A stretch of 15,350 nt of DNA from Archangium sp. (GTDB lineage Bacteria > Myxococcota > Myxococcia > Myxococcales > Myxococcaceae). Of this stretch, positions 1 through 7,741 are shown piece after piece; the stretch's first letter is position 1, and every line of letters begins with the position of its first letter. Where the stretch lies: positions 1 through 15,350 of the forward strand of contig JANLPS010000539.1 of the NCBI GenBank assembly GCA_031367385.1. The letters run 5' to 3'. Under the pieces are notes generated by a model. That model was not told the origin of the DNA, made no database searches, and saw only the letters and a program-made list of their open reading frames with translations. Made by a program: the position numbers and the translations under genes.

Positions 1-393
1 TTGGGCGCCACTCCGAAGTGCCGGCTCGGGCAGCTGGTGCTCGCGGTGCTGGCGACCGAAGCGTTCGACGCGGTCATCGACGGCGAGTCGACGCCGGTCG
101 AGGTGACCGGAGCGCTGTTGGCAAGAGGCGAAGTGGCGCGCCGATTGGGGGCTCCGCACCTGGCGATGCACGACTTCACCCGGGCTTGTCGCATCGCCGA
201 CCGAGCAGCCACCAACGCGATGATCGTGCTTGCCGCGGCTGATCTCGACGTTCGCGAGGCGGTCGACCTGTCGCCCCGGGCGCGTGAGACTCCGGGGTAT
301 CGCGAGCTCGACACCCGTCTGGGGCCGGTTTTGCCGCAATGGGAGGCGGCGGCCCACGAAGAATGGGGTGGCGTGCTCTCGAAATTGGAGTGA
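1..393 (+). CDS. C-terminal fragment of a hypothetical helical (TPR-like) protein, truncated by the window edge
   Basis: Frame 1 is open from base 1 to TGA at 391-393. ALLARGEVARRLGAPHLAMHDFTRACRIAD resembles a TPR helix pair. It is co-oriented with the downstream genes. Confidence 0.55.
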   Translation: MGATPKCRLGQLVLAVLATEAFDAVIDGESTPVEVTGALLARGEVARRLGAPHLAMHDFTRACRIADRAATNAMIVLAAADLDVREAVDLSPRARETPGYRELDTRLGPVLPQWEAAAHEEWGGVLSKLE

Positions 394-448
394 AACGGCC
401 TCACGCGAAGTTTGACGCAACGCCGGAGAGCTGCCAGAGCCGCACGTC

Positions 449-2035
449 GTGAGCTCTTCGCTCGGTCATCACGTGCTGTTGTTGTTCGTGCTTGCCGCGG
501 GCTGCGTTTCTCCTTCCAGCCCGGCGCCCGATGCGGGACTGGTCGACGCCGGAGGTCACGCTACCGCAGGTTCACCGTTCGACGCAGGTTCGCTGTTGGA
601 CGCAGGTTCACCGCTCGACGATGGGTCGACCTTCTTTGACGCGGGGTCGCCCGACGTGAGCGCGGCAGTCGATGCGGGTACGGTCGCGTCACTCGTGGTC
701 GAGGTGGTGCGCGACGTGGCGACTGCGCCATCGCCCATTGACGTGACCATTCGGCTCAGCAGCGCGGGCCAGGTCACCGCGACAGTCACCGGCCCAGCCA
801 CCGCGAGCCCGGTCGTGGCGGGAGCGAGCTCCGCGTTCACCACCCGCCTTACTCCCACGTCATCGAGTGGAGAGGTGCTGCTCACCATCAACGCCTCCAT
901 CGGCGGGCAGGCGCTCGAGTGGTCGAAGACGCTGCTGCTGCTCCCGCAGCTCGATTCTGCCTGGGGGCAGCCCGAGGCCGTACCGGGGTCGGTGAACACT
1001 CCCGGCTATGAAGACGGGGCCGAAGTGAGCCCCGACGGCCAATGGTTGGCGCTCACCGACTACTCCCCGATGGACATGCTCTCGTGCATTCTCGGCCCCG
1101 GCGGCCCCACCCCCGCCAACCCAGCTTGCACGATCGCGCTGGGGCCCTCCACCGAGCCGCTGCGGCCCGACCTGCCCGGGGCGTGGCGGGTGAGCCCATT
1201 CGACAATCGCTGCCCGGCGACCTGCGCCACCTCGAACTACCTCGCCGATGGAGGCCCACTCACGAACGTCGTCGTGCCTCCGCTCTCAGCGTACCTCTTT
1301 CACCGCCAGGCCGACGGCCGCTTCGCAGAACCTCGCTCGGTTGCGTACCGGGCCGATGGCTGCGCGCACCTCATGGGGCTCTCGTTCGCGTCGAACACCC
1401 AGACCACTGCCGAGGTCGTCTTCGCCTTCGACGGCCCGTGGACGAGTGACGGCCACCGCGTGCAACACGCCACGCTGAAGCTGGGTGAGAAGAACGAGCT
1501 CGGTGAGTACCGGTGCATCGGCCCCGGCGTGGTCAGCGTGCTCAACGCGAAGACCACGACGCTGACGCCGGGAGGGAGCCTCGGCAATCCGAACGCACGA
1601 GGCGGCTACCTCTGGGTCGACGACGAAGCCAATGGCGATCTCCGCTATCGGGTCATCACCGCGGGCGACGGAGGGCTGCCCAGCGCGACCCTTTCAGCGG
1701 AGCGTGCGGTTGCCTTCGCCAGCAGCGACACGGCGCTGAGGCGAATCATGCCGTTCTTTCACGAGCCGACCAGAACGCTGTTTTACTCGACCCACGCCAG
1801 GCGCCTCGACTCGCGCCAGCTCACCGGGGCCGACCCCTCCGCGACGGCCAGTTGGAGCGCAGCGGCGACTCAGGTGGCGACCGCTGACTCGATCAACACC
1901 CCGGGGCACCTCTTGGCCATCGGCGAGCCGAGCATCGCCGACCTGGCCGATGGCGGCCGCGAACTGTACTTCATCTACGTCATGGCAACCCAGACGGGTG
2001 TGAACGCGAACCTCGGGCGGGTCTCGGCGCGCTGA
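449..2035 (+). CDS. Putative lipoprotein with DAG low-complexity linker, possible Ig-like segment and PD40 (WD40-like/TolB-type) beta-propeller repeats
   Basis: 528 aa, GTG start. Hydrophobic signal ends in a lipobox-like VLAAG|C, followed by repeated DAG motifs. WGQPEAVPGSVNTPGYEDGAEVSPDGQWLAL and INTPG...EPSIADLADGGRELYFIY match the PD40 repeat pattern. Several Cys residues. Confidence 0.75.
   Translation: MSSSLGHHVLLLFVLAAGCVSPSSPAPDAGLVDAGGHATAGSPFDAGSLLDAGSPLDDGSTFFDAGSPDVSAAVDAGTVASLVVEVVRDVATAPSPIDVTIRLSSAGQVTATVTGPATASPVVAGASSAFTTRLTPTSSSGEVLLTINASIGGQALEWSKTLLLLPQLDSAWGQPEAVPGSVNTPGYEDGAEVSPDGQWLALTDYSPMDMLSCILGPGGPTPANPACTIALGPSTEPLRPDLPGAWRVSPFDNRCPATCATSNYLADGGPLTNVVVPPLSAYLFHRQADGRFAEPRSVAYRADGCAHLMGLSFASNTQTTAEVVFAFDGPWTSDGHRVQHATLKLGEKNELGEYRCIGPGVVSVLNAKTTTLTPGGSLGNPNARGGYLWVDDEANGDLRYRVITAGDGGLPSATLSAERAVAFASSDTALRRIMPFFHEPTRTLFYSTHARRLDSRQLTGADPSATASWSAAATQVATADSINTPGHLLAIGEPSIADLADGGRELYFIYVMATQTGVNANLGRVSAR
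565..618 (+). repeat. 18-bp tandem repeat x3 encoding the DAGSP/DAGSL linker
   Basis: cgcaggttcaccgttcga (565-582), cgcaggttcgctgttgga (583-600), cgcaggttcaccgctcga (601-618). A degenerate unit follows. Confidence 0.85.
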
Positions 2036-2104
2036 GGTTCGTCCGCTGGCTCAAGAAACTCCCAGTTTTGCCCCGGCGGGGTTCGTGGTACGGCGCAAGC
2101 CGCC

Positions 2105-2932
2105 ATGGCTCAGCCGAAACGCAAAGAGAAGGCAGACGAGGCGCCTGACCAGAACCCGGGGCAGCCGACCAGCGAATGGGCGCGCCCGGCGAAGCTCTCG
2201 ACCTTGTCTCGGGTGGTGTTGATCACGGCGATCGTGATCTTCAACCTCCCCATTCTTCATTACTTTTTGTTCCGCGGGCCCCCCCCGGCGACCGCGACGC
2301 TCCCCTACTCGACTGACTTCTCTGACCCGACCGTGGTCGAGCGTGACTTCTTTTCGACCGGTGGCTTGTGGCGCTCGCTCAACGGCGAGTTGCTGTCGCC
2401 TGGGGTGAAGAACAACCCGCTCTGGCTCAAGGCCAAGCTGCCCCAAAACGTGGCGGTCGAGTTCGACGCCCGTTCGATGTCACCTGAGGGCGACTTGAAG
2501 GTCGAGATCTTCGGTGACGGCACCGACCATGCGTCGGGCTACGTGTTGATCATGGGCGGGTGGAACAACAGCCTCTCGATCATCGCGCGCCTCGACGAGC
2601 ACGGGCAGCCCTGGGGCGCAGTGCAGGCCGAGGCCGGCCGCCTCGCGCGAGAAAAAGGCATGGCCGACGCAGACCCGGTCAAGACTGGTGCCTTTCGCGA
2701 AGACACGCGCGCCCGGGTCGAGATCACGCCGTCGGTGCCCGTGCAGATGGGCCGAAGCTACCACTGGCGCATCGAGCGCCGCGACGCGACCATCATCTGG
2801 TACCTCGACGGCCGCGAGTATGGCCGCTTCACCGACCCGATACCCTTGGTTGGCGACCGCCACGACCGCTTCGGCTTCTCGTCATGGGAAGCGCAGCTCT
2901 TGTTCGACAACCTGAAAATCGAAGCACTGTAG
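2105..2932 (+). CDS. Membrane-anchored hypothetical protein with a ConA-like lectin/glucanase-type beta-sandwich domain
   Basis: 275 aa, ATG start. Charged N-terminus, then one hydrophobic segment (VVLITAIVIFNLPILHYFLF). The beta-rich domain has YSTDF...VAVEFDA...YHWRIER...WYLDG...FGF...FDNLKIE, typical of ConA-like jelly-roll domains. Confidence 0.75.
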   Translation: MAQPKRKEKADEAPDQNPGQPTSEWARPAKLSTLSRVVLITAIVIFNLPILHYFLFRGPPPATATLPYSTDFSDPTVVERDFFSTGGLWRSLNGELLSPGVKNNPLWLKAKLPQNVAVEFDARSMSPEGDLKVEIFGDGTDHASGYVLIMGGWNNSLSIIARLDEHGQPWGAVQAEAGRLAREKGMADADPVKTGAFREDTRARVEITPSVPVQMGRSYHWRIERRDATIIWYLDGREYGRFTDPIPLVGDRHDRFGFSSWEAQLLFDNLKIEAL

Positions 2933-2961
2933 AGATTCATTTTCAAAAAAAGGGCCTCACC

Positions 2962-3546
2962 ATGAAACGCAGCTCATTTTTCTTCGCGGCAGTCGTCGTT
3001 GTGGCCACCCTCTCGGGGTGTGGCGGTGGCAGCGTCGCTGGCTCGGTCTCGGGCATTTCGCTCGCCGCGCAAGACTCGATTTTTCTCGTGCTCAAAGACG
3101 ACGCCGGCAAGACCGGGTCGGTGATTGTTCTGATCGGCGACAAGCCGAACATCTGCGACACCCTCAAGGCGAACCGAGAGCCCAAAGCATCAACGTCACT
3201 TGCTTTTCAGCTCTACAACGTAAAGGTCGAGAACCAGACGCTGACGCTGCTCGCTCCCGACGTCGGGTCGTACACCGTGACCGACCAAACCATCAACACC
3301 ACCGGCACCTATTCGCGAGCGCTGTTCACCAGGACCGACGCGAACTGCACCGCGACACTTGCCGACACCGCCACCGGCGGCAAAAGCGGTCTGGTGAAGA
3401 TCAGCAGCCTCAACGCCTCATCGAGCGGCAGCTTGGTCGGCACCTTCGACGTCAGCATCGGTACCCAGTCAGACAAGCTCACCGGCACTCTCAATGCCCG
3501 CTTCTGCGATGTGACCAAGATTCAAGCCAACCCGAACTGCGAATAA
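2962..3546 (+). CDS. Small beta-rich lipoprotein (194 aa), function unknown
   Basis: True start taken as ATG at 2962 inside track ORF 2560..3546. MKRSSFFFAAVVVVATLSG|C is a clear signal peptide II with lipobox LSGC. It has four further Cys and is Thr/Ser-rich. Confidence 0.85.
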   Translation: MKRSSFFFAAVVVVATLSGCGGGSVAGSVSGISLAAQDSIFLVLKDDAGKTGSVIVLIGDKPNICDTLKANREPKASTSLAFQLYNVKVENQTLTLLAPDVGSYTVTDQTINTTGTYSRALFTRTDANCTATLADTATGGKSGLVKISSLNASSSGSLVGTFDVSIGTQSDKLTGTLNARFCDVTKIQANPNCE

Positions 3547-3568
3547 GCAGGCGAAGGCTGAGCACCCC

Positions 3569-4936
3569 TTGAGTGACCCGCGCCCCGTGGTTCGACGCGA
3601 ATCGGAGCTGAGCCGCGTCACCCAGATATTGACGGCTGCGGGGCCTGGGCTGTCGGTATGTGGCATCAGCGGGCCGGGCGGTGTGGGCAAGACGTACCTG
3701 CTCAACCAAGCGCTCGAAGGCATCGACCCCGAGGGCCTGGGGTTGGTGTGGCTCTCGGTCGACGGGTCGAACCCGCAGCAGCGTGGCGACTTCTTCGGCA
3801 TCTTGGAGCAGCTGTTTCGTCGCAACGCGAACCCCAAAGACCCGCATCGCGACTACTTCCCCCACCTGCGAGAGGTGGCGAGGCTGCACCGCGAAATCTC
3901 GCTCGAGGTGACGGCGGAGCTCACCAAAGTCAACGCGCCCGACGAGCTGAAGAAGCAGATCACGAGACTAATCAACGCCGGCCATCTGCTCAACCGCGCG
4001 GTGCCGATGACCCGCGACTACCTCGACCTCGCGGCCTTCGACATCACGGTTTCAGGCACGCACGCGGCCCTCGATAATGCCTGGCGCATCGCCTCTGAGC
4101 TCAAGGCGCTCACCGAGTCGACCGGGGTGATTCGCAAGGTGCTCGGGGCCTCGAAGAAAGACCGGGTGCGGCGTGAGCTGTACAAGGTCGTCGCCGAGGA
4201 GCTGGTTTCAGACCTGGCGGCGGCGATCGGTGGGCTGCCCTCGAGCTCGCGGCTCAAGCTGACCCAGCGCGCGATACCTGGGGCCCGGCGGCTCGTCTTG
4301 GTGCTCGATGATTACGAGGTGCTCAGCCCGTTGCTGGGAGACTTCTTGGTCGGAGCGCTGGTGCCCGAGCTGGCCGCGGCGGGCTTCGAGACGGTGCTCT
4401 TCGTATTGTGCCGAGACGACCTCGAGGCGACGCACGTCGGGTGGTCGCAGCATGCGAAGCGGTTCATCAAAGATCAGCTTCGGTTGAGCCCGTTCGACGA
4501 GCTGACCGCGTTGCAGCTGATGCATGAGGCCGGCATCGACGAGGCCCGAGGCAAACAGCTGTTCGAGGCGACGCAGGGGTACCCGTTCTTGCTGAGCCTG
4601 GTGATTGAAGAGTCGTCGAACATCGAGGCCAGCTCGGCGCTGTTCTTGCGAAAGTTCTTCGACCGCACCACCCGGTGGATGAGCGAGCGCGAGCGGGAGT
4701 GGTTCGTGCGGATCTGTTACCTGGAGAAGGTCAACGAAGACACGCTGAAGCCCTTGTTCGCCGGTGAAGACGTGCGGCGAATTCAAGACTGGTTCGAACG
4801 GGAGCCGTCGATTCGCGACCCGTCAGCGAGCTACTTTCGGGTGCGGCCGCTGATTCGCGACAAGGTGCTGCGGTATCAAGAGGTGCGCTCGCCGTCGCGG
4901 CACCGAGAGCTCAGCGAGCTCGCCCGGTTGGTTTGA
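3569..4936 (+). CDS. STAND-class P-loop NTPase (AAA_16/NB-ARC-like), stand-alone
   Basis: 455 aa, TTG start. N-terminal VVRRESEL (hhGRExE-like), Walker A GPGGVGKT (3671-3694), Walker B LVLVLDDYE (~4292-4318), sensor-1 LFVLCR, GxP motif TQGYPFLL and a winged-helix-like FRVRPLIRD near the C-terminus. Confidence 0.85.
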   Translation: MSDPRPVVRRESELSRVTQILTAAGPGLSVCGISGPGGVGKTYLLNQALEGIDPEGLGLVWLSVDGSNPQQRGDFFGILEQLFRRNANPKDPHRDYFPHLREVARLHREISLEVTAELTKVNAPDELKKQITRLINAGHLLNRAVPMTRDYLDLAAFDITVSGTHAALDNAWRIASELKALTESTGVIRKVLGASKKDRVRRELYKVVAEELVSDLAAAIGGLPSSSRLKLTQRAIPGARRLVLVLDDYEVLSPLLGDFLVGALVPELAAAGFETVLFVLCRDDLEATHVGWSQHAKRFIKDQLRLSPFDELTALQLMHEAGIDEARGKQLFEATQGYPFLLSLVIEESSNIEASSALFLRKFFDRTTRWMSEREREWFVRICYLEKVNEDTLKPLFAGEDVRRIQDWFEREPSIRDPSASYFRVRPLIRDKVLRYQEVRSPSRHRELSELARLV

Positions 4937-4937
4937 G

Positions 4938-4958
4938 GTGGTTCGTGGTTCGTGGTTC
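4938..4958 (+). repeat. Heptamer tandem repeat (GTGGTTC)x3
   Basis: gtggttc at 4938-4944, 4945-4951 and 4952-4958, immediately after the NTPase stop codon. Confidence 0.9.
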
Positions 4959-5036
4959 GACATGCTCACCATGAGAGTTTGGTGAGTTTCACGTGAGTGC
5001 GAGGTCACCCTCTCATGGTGAGCTCGTCAAACCATG
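4951..5036. repeat. Inverted pair of REP-like palindromic repeats forming a long hairpin between convergent genes (possible bidirectional terminator or mRNA stabiliser)
   Basis: Arm cgtggttcgacatgctcaccatgagag (4951-4977) and arm ctctcatggtgagctcgtcaaaccatg (5010-5036) are 23/27 complementary, with a perfect 14-bp core (4964-4977/5010-5023). Inner ggtga (4981-4985)/tcacc (5005-5009) extends the stem. Confidence 0.85.
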
Positions 5037-5045
5037 GAACGGGTC

Positions 5046-6341
5046 TTACGGCAGCTCGGTATGACCCTGCCGACGCAGAAACGTCGGTATGTCGTACTGA
5101 TCTTCATCGAGCGCCAACGACGCATCGCGCGCGCTCGAGTTTCGCGGAGCGGGGATCTTGTGCTCGGCCGACAAGGTTCGAGCACCCGGCTTCGAGGGCA
5201 CCAACGTCGCGATTTCCTCGCGGGTATCGCGGGTACCGGCCTGCGCCGTCACGTTCACTGGAGCCGTCAGCAGCCCCGACGGTGACGACGTCATCATCGG
5301 CGCGGTGACCCGCGGCAACAACGGCGCCTGCACCTGCGACCGGTAGTCTTGCACCGAGCTCACGATGCGCGTCTTCTGCGCCGCCTCGCGCGAGACGAAG
5401 CCGGTCGCGATGACCGTGATCTTCACCTCGTTCTGCACGTTCTCGTCGACCAGCGAGCCGAAGATGATGTTCGCCTCGGGGTCAGCCGCCTCTTGCGCGA
5501 TCGAAATCGCCTCGTGAATCTCCTGCAGCGTGATGTCGCGACCCGCGGTGATGTTGATCAGCAACCCGCGCGCTCCGTCGATCGACACGTCTTCGAGCAA
5601 GGGCGACGAGATCGCCTGCTCCATCGCACGCAGCGCCCGCTTCTCACCCGCCGAACGCCCCGTGCCCATCAGCGCCAGACCCTGCTCGCTCATGATCGTC
5701 TTCACATCGGCGAAGTCGACGTTGATGTACCCGTGGTACTGAATCAAGTCTGAGATGCCCTGCACCGCATTGAGCAGCACCTCGTCGGCCTTCTTGAACG
5801 CCTCGAGCAACGGCAGCGGCTCGGTCGACAGCGTCAGCAACCGCTGATTCGGTATTTGAATCAACGTATCAACAGCGGCCTTGAGCTCGGCGAGGCCCTG
5901 CTCGGCGGCCTTGCGGCGACGGTTGCCTTCGAACAAGAACGGTTTGGTCACCACGCCGACTGTCAGCGCGCCCAATTCGCGTGCGATGTCTGCGATCACC
6001 GGAGCCGCGCCCGTACCCGTGCCGCCACCCATGCCCGCGGTGACGAACACCATGTCGGCGCCAGCGAGCATCGCGGCGATTTCTTCGCGTGATTCAGTGG
6101 CGGCCTGGCGACCCATTTCGGGGTTCGCGCCGGCGCCGAGACCGCGCGTCAGCTCTTTGCCGATCTGCAGCCGCTGCGGAGCGCGGTTCGCCGCGAGCGC
6201 CTGAATGTCGGTGTTGAGCGCGATGAAGTCGACGCGCTCGAGGCCACTCGAGATCATGGTGTTGACGGCGTTGCAGCCGGCTCCACCAACACCGACTACG
6301 CGAATTTTTGCTGCCTGTTTGCTCTGGTCGAATTCGTTCAT
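5046..6341 (-). CDS. ftsZ: Cell division GTPase FtsZ
   Basis: [13 protein letters not shown], tubulin signature [16 protein letters not shown] and C-terminal DIPTFLRR. Start set at ATG 6341, preceded by RBS-like GAGGAAG; 431 aa. Confidence 0.99.
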   Translation of the reverse strand: MNEFDQSKQAAKIRVVGVGGAGCNAVNTMISSGLERVDFIALNTDIQALAANRAPQRLQIGKELTRGLGAGANPEMGRQAATESREEIAAMLAGADMVFVTAGMGGGTGTGAAPVIADIARELGALTVGVVTKPFLFEGNRRRKAAEQGLAELKAAVDTLIQIPNQRLLTLSTEPLPLLEAFKKADEVLLNAVQGISDLIQYHGYINVDFADVKTIMSEQGLALMGTGRSAGEKRALRAMEQAISSPLLEDVSIDGARGLLINITAGRDITLQEIHEAISIAQEAADPEANIIFGSLVDENVQNEVKITVIATGFVSREAAQKTRIVSSVQDYRSQVQAPLLPRVTAPMMTSSPSGLLTAPVNVTAQAGTRDTREEIATLVPSKPGARTLSAEHKIPAPRNSSARDASLALDEDQYDIPTFLRRQGHTELP

Positions 6342-6464
6342 GGTGTCTTCCTCGTGCCTCGAAAAATCTTTGGTGAACATCGCCTGCCGCCAGCGACCCG
6401 CAAGTTTTCAGCTACCGACCTGTAGCAATGCCGGCGTAGGCAAAAGCCCACACCTTTCAGTGCC

Positions 6465-7697
6465 TTAGAAGACTTCTTGCAGCCACTCGCCCATGCGGCG
6501 CTTGACCTTCTTGAACACGTTCTCTTCGCGAATGCGGAACATGCGCCGGTCTTGGTGGCGCGCGCCGTAGACGACCAGGCCGACGCCGGTCGCGTACACC
6601 GGGCTCTTCACCACGTCGACCAGCCCGCCGATGCCGCGGGGCACTCCGCGCCGCACCGGTACGCCCATGATCTCTTCGGCCAGCTCAGGCATGCCAGGCA
6701 GCAGCGTCGACCCACCGGTGATCACCACGCCCGAGGTGAGCAGCTCCGAGAAGCCGTTGCGCTCGACCTCGTGGTGCACGAGCTGAAAAATCTCTTCGAC
6801 GCGAGGCTCGAGAATCTCGCACAGAATCTGGCGGCCCATCACCCGAGGCTCGCGCCCACCGACCGAGGGCACCTCGATCATGTCTTGCTTATCGACCATC
6901 GAGGTCAACCCGCAGCCGTACTTCTGTTTGATCCGCTCCGCGTGGTCCATCGGGGTGCGCAGGCCGACCGCGATGTCATTGGTCAGGTTGTTGCCCCCGA
7001 GCGCAATGACCGCCGTGTGCACGATGGCCCCGTTCTGAAAGATCGCGATGTCGGTGGTACCGCCGCCGATGTCGACCAGGCACACGCCGAGCTCCTTCTC
7101 TTCTTCGGTCAGCACCGCTTCGCTCGAGGCGAGCGGCTGCAGCACGATGTCGGCGACGTTGAGGCCGGCCCGGTTGGCGCACTTGATGATGTTCTGCGCG
7201 CTGGCGACGGCGCCGGTGACGATGTGCACCTTGGCTTCGAGGCGGGCGCCGGTCATGCCGAGGGGCTCTTTGATGCCGCTCTGGTCATCGACGATGAATT
7301 CTTGCGGCAACACGTGAATCACTTCACGGTCGACGGGGATGTTGACGGTCTTGGCTTGCTCGATGACCCGGGCGACGTCAGCCTCTTTGACCTCGCGGTC
7401 TTTGAGCGCGACCACGCCGCGGCCGCCGAAGCTCTTGATGTGGCCTCCGGCGATGCCCGTATACACGTGGGTGATCTCGGTGCCGGCCATCGCTTCGGCT
7501 TCGTCGATGGCCCGCTGAATCGACTGCACGGTGGTCTCGATGTTGACGACCACGCCCTTGCGGAGCCCCTTCGACGGGTGCGACCCGATGCCGATGATGT
7601 CAATGCCGTCTTCGGTGAGCTCGCCGACGATCGCACAGATCTTCGTCGTGCCAATGTCGAGGCCAACGAGAATCTCTCCACCTCTTGTTTTTGCCAT
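6465..7697 (-). CDS. ftsA: Cell division protein FtsA
   Basis: Actin-like motifs GLDIGTTKI, VDIGGGTT and TGGS. C-terminal amphipathic helix FKKVKRRMGEWLQEVF. Lies upstream of ftsZ. Confidence 0.99.
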   Translation of the reverse strand: MAKTRGGEILVGLDIGTTKICAIVGELTEDGIDIIGIGSHPSKGLRKGVVVNIETTVQSIQRAIDEAEAMAGTEITHVYTGIAGGHIKSFGGRGVVALKDREVKEADVARVIEQAKTVNIPVDREVIHVLPQEFIVDDQSGIKEPLGMTGARLEAKVHIVTGAVASAQNIIKCANRAGLNVADIVLQPLASSEAVLTEEEKELGVCLVDIGGGTTDIAIFQNGAIVHTAVIALGGNNLTNDIAVGLRTPMDHAERIKQKYGCGLTSMVDKQDMIEVPSVGGREPRVMGRQILCEILEPRVEEIFQLVHHEVERNGFSELLTSGVVITGGSTLLPGMPELAEEIMGVPVRRGVPRGIGGLVDVVKSPVYATGVGLVVYGARHQDRRMFRIREENVFKKVKRRMGEWLQEVF

Positions 7698-7741
7698 GTG
7701 TTCCGTCCCCTGGCCGCTCTCGCGGCGAGTGTTACTTCGCT

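Noticed and set aside
2054..2094. Terminator or promoter between the PD40 lipoprotein and the ConA-like gene
   Set aside because: There are only 4-6 bp stems without a convincing downstream U-tract, and the TTGCCC...TACGGC match has poor spacing and consensus.
2560..2961. 134-codon upstream extension of the lipoprotein ORF and an A7G run at ~2946-2953 suggesting frameshift fusion
   Set aside because: The extension is an Arg-rich off-frame reading of the ConA-like gene. The A-run lies after that gene's stop (2930-2932), and the lipoprotein has its own signal peptide from ATG 2962.
4938..5036. Possible CRISPR array or IS end
   Set aside because: The repeats are inverted or dispersed over kilobases, with no regular repeat-spacer period and no cas or transposase gene in the window.
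6342..6464. Known riboswitch (e.g. c-di-GMP-I) in the ftsZ leader
   Set aside because: A GAAA tetraloop is present, but I could not match the remaining consensus on the coding strand. It is kept only as a weak structured-leader observation.
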